Assembly (NCBI GenBank): GCA_964016885.1
Contig: OZ024753.1
Location: 1,860,001 to 1,924,000, forward strand
Source: Eledone cirrhosa
Taxonomy: Eukaryota
Length of the DNA stretch: 64,000 nucleotides
Direction of reading: 5' to 3'
Positions 50,795 to 63,757 of the stretch are shown here, piece by piece. Within the stretch, counting starts at the first letter, position 1. Each line of letters starts with the position of its first letter. Position numbers and translations under genes: made by a program. A model generated the notes under the pieces. The model worked only from the letters and a program-made list of their open reading frames with translations. It made no database searches and was not told where the DNA came from.

Positions 50795-53248
50795 TAATAT
50801 ATACCTTCCCATCCCAATACAGTATATCCCCACTTCCCTTGATCTTCCTCATCAGCCCCATTCTAATATATACCTTCCCATCACAGTACAGTATATCCCC
50901 ACTTCCCTTGATCTTCCTCATCAGCCCCATTCCAATATATACCTTCCCATCCCAGTACATTATATCCCCACTTCCCTTGATCTTCCTCATCAGCCCCATT
51001 CTAATATATACCTTCCCATCCCAGTACATTATATCCCCACTTCCCTTGATCTTCCTCATCAGCCCCATTCTAATATATACCTTCCCATCCCAGTACATTA
51101 TATCCCCACTTCCCTTGATCTTCCTCATCAGCCCCATTCTAATATATACCTTCCCATCCCAGTACATTATATCCCCACTTCCCTTGATCTTCCTCATCAG
51201 CCCCATTCTAATATATACCTTCCCATCCCAGTACATTATATCCCCACTTCCCTTGATCTTCCTCATCAGCCCCATTCTAATATATACCTTCCCATCCCAG
51301 TACATTATATCCCCACTTCCCTTGATCTTCCTCATCAGCCCCATTCTAATATATACCTTCCCATCCCAGTACATTATATCCCCACTTTCCTTGATCTTCC
51401 TCATCAGCCCCATTCCAATATATACCTTCCCATCCCAGTACATTATATCCCCACTTTCCTTGATCTTCCTCATCAGCCCCATTCCAATATATACCTTCCC
51501 ATCCCAGTACATTATATCCCCACTTTCCTTGATCTTCCTCATCAGCCCCATTCCAATATATACCTTCCCATCCCAGTACATTATATCCCCACTTTCCTTG
51601 ATCTTCCTCATCAGCCCCATTCTAATATATACCTTCCCATCCCAGTACATTATATCCCCACTTTCCTTGATCTTCCTCATCAGCCCCATTCTAATATATA
51701 CCTTCCCATCCCAGTACATTATATCCCCACTTTCCTTGATCTTCCTCATCAGCCCCATTCTAATATATACCTTCCCATCCCAGTACAGTATATCCCCACT
51801 TTCCTTGATCTTCCTCATCAGCCCCATTCTAATATATACCTTCCCATCCCAGTACATTATATCCCCACTTCCCTTGATCTTCCTCATCAGCCCCATTCTA
51901 ATATATACCTCCCCATCCCAGTACATTATATCCCCACTTCCCTTGATCTTCCTCATCAGCCCCATTCTAATATATACCTTCCCATCCCAGTACATTATAT
52001 CCCCACTTCCCTTGATCTTCCTCATCAGCCCCATTCTAATATATACCTTCCCATCCCAATACAGTATATCCCCACTTCCCTTGATCTTCCTCATCAGCCC
52101 CATTCTAATATATACCTTCCCATCCCAGTACATTATATCCCCACTTCCCTTGATCTTCCTCATCAGCCCCATTCTAATATATACCTTCCCATCACAGTAC
52201 ATTATATCCCCACTTCCCTTGATCTTCCTCATCAGCCCCATTCTAATATATACCTTCCCATCACAGTACATTATATCCCCACTTTCCTTGATCTTCCTCA
52301 TCAGCCCCATTCTAATATATACCTTCCCATCCCAGTACATTATATCCCCACTTCCCTTGATCTTCCTCATCAGCCCCATTCTAATATATACCTTCCCATC
52401 CCAGTACATTATATCCCCACTTTCCTTGATCTTCCTCATCAGCCCCATTCTAATATATACCTTCCCATCCCAGTACATTATATCCCCACTTTCCTTGATC
52501 TTCCTCATCAGCCCCATTCTAATATATATACCTTCCCATCCCAGTACATTATATCCCCACTTCCCTTGATCTTCCTCATCAGCCCCATTCTAATATATAC
52601 CTTCCCATCACAGTACATTATATCCCCACTTCCCTTGATCTTCCTCATCAGCCCCATTCTAATATATACCTTCCCATCCCAGTACATTATATCCCCACTT
52701 CCCTTGATCTTCCTCATCAGCCCCATTCTAATATATACCTTCCCATCCCAGTACAGTATATCCACACTTCCCTTGATCTTCCTCATCAGCCCCATTCTAA
52801 TATATACCTTCCCATCACAGTACATTATATCCCCACTTTCCTTGATCTTCCTCATCAGCCCCATTCTAATATATACCTTCCCATCCCAGTACATTATATC
52901 CCCACTTCCCTTGATCTTCCTCATCAGCCCCATTCTAATATATACCTTCCCATCCCAATACATTATATCCCCACTTCCCTTGATCTTCCTCATCAGCCCC
53001 ATTCTAATATATACCTTCCCATCCCAGTACAGTATATCCACACTTCCCTTGATCTTCCTCATCAGCCCCATTCTAATATATACCTTCCCATCCCAGTACA
53101 TTATATCCCACTTTCCTTGATCTTCCTCATCAGCCCCATTCTAATATATACCTTCCCATCCCAGTACATTATATCCCCACTTCCTCATCAGCCCCATTCT
53201 AATATATACCTTCCCATCCCAGTACAGTATATCCACACTTCCCTTGAT
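50795..53248. repeat. 69-bp minisatellite, ~35 copies, pyrimidine-rich on +
   Basis: Unit atcttcctcatcagccccattctaatatataccttcccatcccagtacattatatccccacttcccttg. Confidence 0.97.
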
Positions 53249-53659
53249 TGATCACCCTCGGGTTCATTTTAATATCTGCTGTCCCATCCTGTCATAGTAT
53301 ATTCCAATCCTGCTTAATCTTTCTCATTCTAATGTTTGTTATTTTAATACTGATATAGTATATCATAATCTTAATCCTTTAGCACTTAAACCGGCCATAT
53401 CCAGCCAAAGTTCTCTCACCTCTTTCTATTCAAACTGGCCATAACTGGTCACTCATACTGATGTTAAGGTAGTGTTCTTAAAATAAATAACATCAACATC
53501 TCAGAGATGAAGCTTTTACCACGAAAATATAATAGTATATACAGAGTAATGTAAATGCTAAAGAGTTAATCCTTATCATTCCAATGTAAATTTTTCCATG
53601 CTTTTGTTATACTAAAGCATTTAAATACAAGTTTGAAAGCAGACACAATGGAGAGGAGT

Positions 53660-54095
53660 TCCGGCTAGTTACTGTCAACAAACTCTCCATATGATTTAAA
53701 TACATAAATCTCCGATATGCAAATGGCTAAATGGCAGTAGAAAGGTACCCAGGAGTCATGACCTAGATGCTGCCTGGCCCCCTTAGAATGAAAGAAGTTA
53801 AACACTTGCTTGAGAGGGCTTTCTTCTGAGACCTTCTGATGTTCGGCTCTCCTGAGAGTTTCAGCACCCAGTCCACACTGTAAAATGGTCATGTAGGCAG
53901 CACGACAAAAAGTACCCAGCTCACACTGTAAATGTTGTTGGCATTAGGAAGGGCATCCAGCGGTAGAAACCAAGCCCAAATCAGTTCTGTGTGAGCGAAA
54001 CATGGTCCTTTGACCTGATCTCTCACAGACGGACAGCCTGTCCTACTCATGTTAGTGAGGAAAATAGACGTTAAATGATGATGATGATGATGATA
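53660..54095 (+). mobile_element. RTE-family 3' fragment with (GAT)n tail
   Basis: ggcattaggaagggcatccagc...aatagacgttaaatgatgatgat, same 3'UTR family as above. Confidence 0.7.
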
Positions 54096-55094
54096 TCACC
54101 TTTCCTCTTAATCTCAGAAATTCCAATATCAGTAAAATATATTACTATTCCTGTTTATCTTCCTCTCCTGGCTCATTCTAATGTCTGATTCTTCCATACT
54201 ATAAGTGTACCAATTTCTATAGATATCTTCTTCACTGGATCCAGTTTAATAATTGTTTCTACGTTAGGCACAAGGCCAGCAATTACCCAGTGTATTACTG
54301 GTACTTTATTTTTATCGATCCAGCTTAATAATGTTGTATAAAAGGAATATTTTCTTTGTAGATTTTGAAAAGTTATTGTTATGGTGGTATTGATGATGGT
54401 GACAGTGATGATGATGGTGACAGTGATGATGATGATGATAGTGATGATGATGATGATAGTGATGATGATGATGATAGTGATGATGGTGATGATGCTGTTG
54501 ATAGTTACACTGGTGACTGATGATGATAATGACGGTGACAATGATGGTGATGAAGACAGCAACGATGATGATGATGATGATTTCAATAATGATTTTAACA
54601 ATGATTAGTATGATGACAACAATTATAATGATGAAGAGTAAGAAAATGTTAACAAAAGTGCTTGTGGTGATGGTTGTGGTGGTGATGCTAGTGGTGGCAG
54701 ATACTGGAGTTATGGCATTCGTATATAATTCTAGTATTAAAAAATTAAAAGCAGTAGTTCTGGAGTATTAGTGTGCTTTTAGGGAGTAAATGGTTAGGGG
54801 GAGGTGTAGCTGTATTCTTCTAAGAATCAGCCATTTGCAATGTTTTACCTCGTTGTTATCAATTTCTTGTGATGTAGTGGTAGTTTATAAATCTTCTTTT
54901 CTTCTAATGGCACCAATAAGTTGCCACTAATGTCTTTATCATCTACTCCTGTTGTTGTAGGTCTGAAAGGAACAGCAGTAATACAATGGTTGGGTTTATT
55001 TTTTCTTATTTCATTTTAAGTTTATACTTAATTTACATATTTGCATGTAGTTAATTTTTTTTTCTTTCTTCATTTGCTTTGTTAAGGCCCTTTT

Positions 55095-55250
55095 TATGTA
55101 TGTATGTATGTATGTATGTATGTATGTATGTATGTATGTATGTATGTATGTATGTATGTATGTATGTATGTATGTATGTATGTATGTATGTATGTATGTA
55201 TGTATGTATGTATGTATGTATGTATGTATGTATGTATGTATGTATGTATG
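55095..55250. repeat. (TATG)n perfect tetranucleotide repeat
   Basis: Direct inspection. Confidence 0.97.
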
Positions 55251-55452
55251 TGTGTGCAAAAAGTAAACAGAAACAATAAAGGAAATAATAATAAATGAAG
55301 AAATATATTAGGTTAACACTTGATATAGTAAAAAAAAAGTCCTTCATCAGATGATAGAATGAGAAATAAAAGAATAACTAGAAAGATAGAAAGTGAGAAG
55401 GGAACGGGAAAAATAATTTTGAAGAAAAATCACGCGTGTCAGTCATTTCAGT

Positions 55453-55502
55453 TCTTGTCTGATGACCCTGTGATAAACAGGCAAAAGTTCAGAGTAACAA
55501 GA
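55453..55502 (+). ncRNA. Degenerate hammerhead of another PLE-derived family (relatives 6400-6485, 36540-36585)
   Basis: TCTTGT-CTGATGA-ccctgtgataaacaggc-aAAA-gttcagag-TA-ACAAGA; the minus-strand copy near 6400-6450 retains GAAA-CTCCAGAG-TA. Confidence 0.6.
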
Positions 55503-55909
55503 CTCACTTTTTAGTCTTAATATGAATTAATATTAAAACTCTACTTCAATATTACGTACTTCTTTCTCTAATATATATATATATATTTATTATATTTGCA
55601 TGTGTATGTTTGAAGATCCTAAGATTAACACAAGTTAGATAAAACTACAGTTTTCGAGTTAGTAACTTTCATTGTGAAAAGAATGTGTGAAATAGATACA
55701 CTTTCAACTATTCCTCATGCATAAAAAAAGAACAGAGATCATTTTTACACATTTCAGACACTATTGCTGCCTCATCAGGGAATAACTACCACCTTGATTC
55801 TGTGTATTGGGGAATATTGCTATAGTAACACTATATATGTCGTACAAAATATAGAAAATAGCTGAAATGGTTAGTCCAATTTGCATGTTACACATACGTT
55901 TGATGACGG

Positions 55910-56092
55910 TGAATTGGCAGTATCGGTAGAGGGTCAGACATGCTTTCTAGCATAGTTACGTCCCTTTACGATCTGAGTTCAAATCCCGCCGAGGTTGACT
56001 TTGCCTTTCATCCTTACGAGGTCGATAAAATAAAGTACCAGTAATATACTGGGTAATTGCTGGCCTTGTGCCAAAAAGTAGAAACAATTATT
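55910..56092 (+). mobile_element. Near full-length copy of the same SINE
   Basis: A-box-like TGGCAGTATCGG, B-box GAGTTCAAATCC, core gcctttcatcc..ggtcgataaa; near-identical to 30755-30935 and 35140-35310. Confidence 0.85.
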
Positions 56093-56869
56093 AAATAAAT
56101 AATGATTATTTATATTAGAAGACAGCCAGTGTACTACTCTCAAATCTCTGTTGCTATCCATCACTCATTTTCTCTAACTATGACACATTTTTATTAATAT
56201 CACATCATGATGCTCATGCTATTTTCTATTCAGACTTCAACCTACTGCCAGCAACCAATATGAAGCTATCACCCTCTCTATCACCACCACCTTACTATCT
56301 TATCTCTCTATTTTCCTCTTCGCAGTCACAATTATACTTTTTTTTTTTTTTTATCCTCTTGGTCACCCTGCTCTTCTATTCAGTTTCTGTCATGTTTGAA
56401 AAAACATATTATAAAGTGGAAAAATCTTTAGTTTTGCAAGGGCTAAAGCAATCCCTCTAAAGTTGGTGCCATGGTAAAATGCACCCAGTACACTCCGTAA
56501 AGAGGCTGGCAATTGAATGGTGTATGTGCCATGATAAAATGTATGCAGTGCACTCTGTAAGGTTGTTTAGATCAAGTGATACCTGTGCTTGGAGCTATTT
56601 TAAGTGAAGAAAAGCCTTGCACTCAACCAATTGCACTCTCTGAAGAACAGTGACACTTATCCAAAAAGAACAACAGGTCAACATCATTGGCTGCCATTGA
56701 GTCACAGGTTTTATATCAGAGTTTATATATATGTATATACCCATATATATCATTCATCATCATCATCATCATCATCATACGTCTGCTTTTTCCTGCTTGC
56801 ATATACACATTTGCATATATGTATACTAGCAGCCTCCTGGCCTTTGTTTCAGTTTGTACTGTGCTCAGA

Positions 56870-56931
<62 letters not shown>

Positions 56932-57028
56932 AATGAAGTAATTCCGGCGGAAAGGTCCAGGAAAAAAGAGTGCTCTATGTAGGTTACAGAGCTTAATAGT
57001 TATGTAATATACAACATAAGATAATTAT

Positions 57029-57086
57029 TTCATTTACCAGTGGTTTCTTGAAAGCAAACAAATCTGCTTTCAGTCATCAGAAGGAA
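57029..57086 (-). ncRNA. Inverted copy of the same hammerhead motif
   Basis: Reverse complement TTCCTT-CTGATGA-ctgaaagcagatttgtttgctttcaa-GAAA-ccactgg-TA-AATGAA; one mismatch in stem I. Confidence 0.8.
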
Positions 57087-57122
57087 AAAATCCTGGTGTT
57101 TTTATTGAATGTGCAAGATTTT

Positions 57123-57180
57123 TTCATTCTGATGACTGAAAGCAGATTTGTTTGCTTTCAAGAAACCACTGGTAAATGAA
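57123..57180 (+). ncRNA. Type I hammerhead ribozyme motif (Penelope-type), intact core
   Basis: TTCATT-CTGATGA-c TGAAAGCA gatttgtt TGCTTTCA a-GAAA-CCA c TGG-TA-AATGAA: stems I, II and III pair; GUA cleavage triplet. Confidence 0.85.
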
Positions 57181-58277
57181 ATAATTATCTTATGTTGTTT
57201 ATTACATAACTATATATATATATGCAAAAGGCAAACAGAAATAACAAAGCAAACAACACAGTACAATGAAGAAATATATATTAGTTTTACACTTGATATA
57301 GTAGGAAAAGAGTCTTAACATTGCAGGCACTAGTCCATCAGAAAATAGAATGATAAATTGAAGAAGAAATAGAAATATTGAGGAGATGGGCATACAATTC
57401 TTTTAGTGAAAAAACAGGTCCATTCATGTTGCCGTCTCTAATATATATATCATTCTTAGTGTGTTAACATTGAAATACACTGACTGCTTTCATTAGTTGT
57501 TTGTAACCTTTCCATTTCTATATTTCTAATGAAATACGTTGCCTATGAGTTAATTAATTTTGAAAATCATAAAAAATTTGGAGGAATTTAATAATATAAT
57601 GAATGTTTTCCTCGTCAAGTTGATGTTCTGAATATAACTTAACAAAAATTTAAAAATAAGATATTTTAATAGAAAGTTTTAATATAAATATAAATATTTA
57701 TTTTGGCCAATTGTGTATCATACCAAGGAGGTTTCAGGCAATTTAGTATAAAACTGGTTAAAAACAAGATTTATTCCTATCTGTATTATCAATATTTCCT
57801 AATAAATCCAATTAGTTAAGCTTAATGGAGTTATCACCCTTGTGTATTAATTATAAATCGGTATTTTCCGTCCTCTAATTACATAAATAATTCCAGTTAA
57901 TCATAGTTTTTCAACACACAATGTTACATATGTAAGACCCAACAATATTTTAATTTCCAGTTGTCAGTATATTTAGACAGAACATTGAATGGCTGAGAGA
58001 ATGTAACATCAATTGATTTGATAATAATTTGAAATCACTAATCTGTAATGTTATTATCTGAGTATTAGTTGTGCTAATCTAAGATAAGTAGATTATTTAT
58101 AATTTTGTGTTGTGAGTAGGAAGACTGAAATGAAACACATGCATCCATTGTCAGGTTATCTGTTATACAGTTCATTTGGATCAGTGATATGATGGTAAAC
58201 TTTCATATGTATAATAAGTATTGGCAAGAGAACAATGTCATTTGTATTGATGTGGTGGTTGTTGTTGTTGAGTAATG

Positions 58278-58471
58278 CAACGTGTCAACTCTCCCGCCTG
58301 ATGGGGAGATCTCCCCGTTTTGACTCATTTCTCCTTGTCTCCCCATTTTTTGTGAAAATCGGTATAGCTTTCATTATGTAAAACCTCCCCATTTTGCCTC
58401 ATTTCTCCCCATGCTTGGGCCCTTTTTTTCACAGTACTCCCCGTTTGAGTTTTTAGAGTTTGGTAGGTCTG
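58278..58471. mobile_element. Small non-autonomous DNA element with degenerate termini and internal CTCCCC repeats
   Basis: GC-rich island, caacgtgtcaactctc ... agagtttggtaggtctg, flanked on both sides by GTAATG. Confidence 0.5.
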
Positions 58472-58681
58472 GTAATGTTATCACTGTTGAAGTAAACCGA
58501 CAACACAGAACTAGTTGCCTAAACAAGGTTGTGTAACAATTATTATATGTGTTGTCATCAGACAGTTATTTAAGTGAAATAATCTTTTGTTTTAGATATG
58601 CTCATTATAGTATGGAACTCGATGTTAGCTGTCCAGCTACAGGCAAGCTTCAATGGATTTTTTCTGATACTCTAATGACTG

Positions 58682-58724
<43 letters not shown>

Positions 58725-61700
58725 GTTATTTTAATGTCTGCTTTCCCTTTCATGATGATATATATAATGGAAGCAATAAATATTCTTCTCAATTATAAAT
58801 ATTGGCATTCAATCCAATATTATTTGTAAAATCACGAATAATTTATCCATATATTAATAACAGTTTGCACAAGTGGTTACTGAAAATATGTAGATTTGTT
58901 TGTGCTTTTTCAGAAAAGAACCAAAAAAATTCAAACTATAACATACATCATCGTCATCATCATTCAATGTTTACCCTGCTAAAAAGGGTTTGATGGGTCA
59001 TCACAAACCAAGTCAGTACTCAAGCAGGGACACCGACCACTCAGATTGACAGGGGGCCTGCATCTTACTTAACTGCATTCCTACACTCTACAGAGTGCTC
59101 AGATAAGCCAGGTGCCTGCGATTCGTTTATATATTTATATTATGATTAAAAGCCATTAATGTAACTAAAATATGTAAAATATTCCAGAAGTGTAGCATGT
59201 AATATAGAGATACAAGAATATGTCTATGTACACATATATAAGGCAAAACATAGATTCACGTATGTATATTCAAATATGCAAGCATGCATATTTACACATG
59301 TACATACATTCACACATACACAAACACACATATACATACATACATCGTTTTAAAACAGACCTGCCAGCAACAAATTTAACAGCACATGTTACATCAGACG
59401 TTATCTTAATTGTTATCTTACAGCCATGTTGACGATCAACATGAAAATGTCATCAATGATAACTGTACTACAAACAAACAAAAAGTATCCTTAGTAAAAC
59501 ATTAAAAAAATATGTTAATTTATGTTTAAAACTGCAACTAAAAGAGAAACAGAACCTGACAATATTAAACAAAAGACTAAATAAAGAGGCTATGTACTAT
59601 CAACAAAATTGGAGGTGAATATTTATGGCAAATTAATGCCCCTTTGTGTTGGTAAATTAATGCTTGTTTATATTCCCTAGCAACGATTGTAAAGCCCTAT
59701 TTTGGTGGTACTAGAGGTGTAAATAGAGACAAAATAACACAAAATATGCCATCATGTATTTCTAAAATGGAAAAATAAAGATTGTTGACCTATGAAAAAT
59801 ATATAGTCATGTGGTGATGCTTAAATCATGTAAACAAAAACAAAACTACACTCCTCGCCAACAAAGAGGAAAATATAAAATAGAAACAATGTTTGGAGAT
59901 AAAAATACAATAAAAGAAATCTTGAATACAAATTGATCCTCTTCAAACAAGAGATAAGAGCTGTCAGTAAGAAATTCCAGTATCAGAAGTGAGTAATTGA
60001 ATAGTTAATAAGAAATTTAGCCAAAATCAATGATCTTTTATGGAGATACGAGGGGCAAATCAATATATGTCACTGAAGCTACATATTCATGATTTCTTTT
60101 GGAGAAAAATATGAGGTGAGGAAAAGACGTTTAACAAAGATGAAGTTTGGTCGAAAGTATTCTGAAGGCACTATTGTCTCTGCATTATACCAAAATCATA
60201 CAGTAGCAATAGTGATAACTTCAAACAGTGACACAGACTGCCTCTTCTTAAAATGTAATCAGGGAAGCAGAAGCTTAACAGCTATCCAAATAGCTTTTGA
60301 ATGTCAAATCATATCCCTTTAACAACATCCACTAACAATCAAGTGTTGAAGCGCATCCATAGAACAAATCTGCCTACACGAGTTAGATAATATGAGAGTT
60401 GGGAAGGAGTTTCTTGAGAAATACTCCTTGAATGAAGACCAAAATCACACATCCAGGGAAATTGCACTGTACTACTGCAACAAAGTTGACCTAAGTGGGA
60501 TTCAAACTCAGAATGGAAATACATAATGACACTACCAGATTGAAAAAGTGAGGTTTTGCAAATCAATCAGATGTTCTTGGCTATTTGGGGAGGATAGCAC
60601 CAGCACTGCCTGAGATGTTGGAGCAACAGTATTCTATTGAGGGACTTACTTGAGCTTTGTAAATGATTTAAAGTCTATTTTCCATGCTAGCATAGATTAG
60701 ATAGGCTGTCACATTCTGAGGTTGACAGGTCATGGTAAATATTTTCTGGCCTGAAAATGATGCACTTTTAACTATGATATAGAAAGATCTTCAGAGATTG
60801 TGAGGTCTCTAAGATTTGTAGTGATTTTGTAGAGTTTAATTGCCTGTTATCTAAGATTAGAGGGGATGAGGTAGAAGATGGCAATTTTGTGTTTGTAGAG
60901 TTGAAAAATACTAGATTGCCATGACAACACTGGAAGATATTGCTATGTTTTAAGAATGATACTTGTTGTTCTAAGCAAATTGAAACAGAGAAAGCAGAGT
61001 GTATGAGGGAGGGGACATATATTTAGTGACATGTGGTAGAAGTAAAATGCTAATGTTTGACTGTGGAATGGCTGGTCAAACCTTTTAATTTTACAACCAA
61101 TGAGCAAATGTTCTTGTGGAAGAAGGTACCAGTTGTCTGATGAAGTTGAGTTGAGAAAAATTGTAATCCTATCCAGTGAGATATGTTTGCCTGTCATCCA
61201 CTTCAATAGTACAAAAGTAAAGATAAGTATCCCCACCCTATTAGTAAATAGCTCAAAAAAGGATTAAATATCTAACTTCAACTCTTAAAACTCAAATCAA
61301 TATCTACTTTTGTAATCTCTCAGAAACCTCTGGAAAAAAACTAATCTCTCAGATTACCAATATTTCTTGCCATATTTCTAAAATGGAATCAATACTGATC
61401 CAGTTCCACTAATGTGCTAACTATTGATGCTATAAAGCCACACTTTTTTTTTTGTTGCTGTAGATCGATTTTATATAAGTATTTTAGTTGAAAAATTTTA
61501 TATAAGTATTTTAGTTGAGTAACCATTAAATACTTAAAAGTTTATTGCATGCTAAGTAGCATGATCTTATGTAAAATACATCAGTCACCATGTCTTACAT
61601 TTTACTTAAATCTCAGTTCAAAGAATGATGTGATTGATGTTCAAATTGGCAACAATTGCAAATGTCTGAATTTTACAGACTGCTCTAAATCATGTTAAAA

Positions 61701-62289
61701 GAATTAAGTTACATTTAGTATTTTATCCGAAGAAAGATGTGAAACGGTGTTCAAAGGTTATTTACATTATTCTAGACATGAATGTATAGAGAAATAATGG
61801 TTTAATAGATAAGAAAAAAAGATTACCTATCCTTATCTAATGAATTCAATGGTTGAGGTGGGATGATGGCATAGACATGTAATTCTATATTGCATCAGGT
61901 TACTTAGCAGGTGAGGGTCAATACTAGATTGGTTGGGACACATTTAGTGTGATTGGTTCATAGTATTGATCATAAAAAGTCAAACAATTGGTTACACTAT
62001 TACATGAGGATAAATATTTATTTTGGACAGAATCAGAGAGATAATTACTTGAAGAGAGATTGAATTGTTGCAAGTTACTTGTTGAAAGAAAAACACGAAC
62101 TTACAAAAGATGACGTACATGACTAATTAAAGGTAAGACAAAGATTGGATGAGAGGAAAACAAAGGATATGAGTATTATGTGGTTGTAGGGAATATACGA
62201 ACAAGTAACAAGTTCAGAGAATGTTGTAGGAATAGTAAAAGAGATACATATTTGCAGTAGACTAGTATTGAGGAATCTTAGTAGGTGAA

Positions 62290-62650
62290 CATCCTTTATT
62301 CTTTGCCCACTTACTTCTGAGCGTCATGGGAACAGATTGCTCAGACACGCCTTCCAGAGGGTCTTATCAAAAGAAATCATTTCTAAATGATCTGACTGAA
62401 TCCCAAGCAAGAAGAACCAAGATTAGGGATGTTATTCAACCATCTTGCTCGGAGTCTCCCTCTGGATTTCCTGCTTGTTGGCTTTACTTGTAAAATCTGT
62501 CCAGTGATTCTTTCCTTAAACATTCTAGCCTCATGTCTATAATACCGGTGTAGAGATCTTTCAATACAGAGTAGTGGCTCTACCTGGAACGACTCCCTGA
62601 TCTCCAAGCCATGCTCCCTATCAAGTAATATTACTCCAAAGATCCTTGCA
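62290..62650 (-). mobile_element. RTE-like LINE 3' fragment
   Basis: EIRESFQVEPLLCIERSLHRYYRHEARM...SRGRLRARWL is a degenerate RTE C-terminus. Confidence 0.7.
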
Positions 62651-63757
62651 CTATGAGGCTTAGGGAAGTAGGAATAACCAGCAAGTTCAGAGGAGCAGGG
62701 AATGTTATAGTAATAGTAATTGAGATATGTATTTGCAGTAAGCTAGTATTGAGGAATGTTAGTAAGTATAAAACTTGTCTATCAAAATAATACATTTTTA
62801 TGGTATGATATGTGTTGTAAATGGGGAATGTAAGAATTTTATGAGGTTTGTAAGCATGACTGTAGCAAGTTCAGTGTAAAGTTATACATGGCACATGGTT
62901 AACAAAATAGTGGGGGCAAGTAAGAGGTGATTGCTTATCACAAATTAGTTCATATTTTGTTACTATCACTTCTTTTTATTGGTGACCTTTAACTTGTAGC
63001 AGATGACTTCACCTACTACTAAGCAGATACTATAGGTTAGTATTATTTATGGCTGTACATACATACATACATGCGTGCACATATACATACATGCATACAC
63101 ACATATATACATAAATGCATGTATCCATCCATACATACATGCATACATGCGCACAAAGGCATAACTACATGCATACAATCAGAACCTCATACATACAATA
63201 CAGCATGGATTCTGTACAAACATATCTTCTAAAACGTATATCACCAGTGAAATTCCATTAATAGTTGCTGCACAACTATCAAATGAAAAAACAAATCATC
63301 TGCATATATTTGATTTCATACGCACATCTATATGCACACAGGCACAAACACAATGTGTATATAAGATTTTATATACTAATGTAGACACACACATACAAAT
63401 ACATATTTGAAATCATACATACATCTATATACACACATGCACATCTATATGCACACAGGTACAAACATATGTGTATATAAGAATTTATACACTAATGTAG
63501 ACACACACAAACAAGTTGGAAATCATACATACATCTACACAAGCAGGCATGTTCTCACACACAGAAGCACATAGGTGTAAATGTGAAAAATTGTGGGGGT
63601 GGTGTAGAGAGAAAATGAAATAGAGAAAGATGGGGAGAGAGATTAATGGGAAAGATAGTAATATTCTATTTTAAAACAGAAAAATGAGAAGGTTTTATTT
63701 TGGACTTTCTTCAATTGTCCCAATCACACCCAATTAGAACTTTCAGGCTTTCCTCAC

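Noticed and set aside
50727-53120. 576-789 aa repetitive ORFs (MGLMRKIKGSGDIMYWDGKVYIR)n etc.
   Set aside because: Product of a 69-bp VNTR; open on both strands, broken by a TA slippage, no unique domain.
50795-53248. CTGATGA in every minus-strand unit suggested a tandem hammerhead (retrozyme-like) array
   Set aside because: No GAAA with a closing stem II or NUH-stem I pairing; the purine-rich strand cannot form the stems.
59480-61420. A-rich and T-rich stretches resembling old LINE coding sequence
   Set aside because: Too degenerate to recover diagnostic motifs by eye; needs RepeatMasker or blastx.
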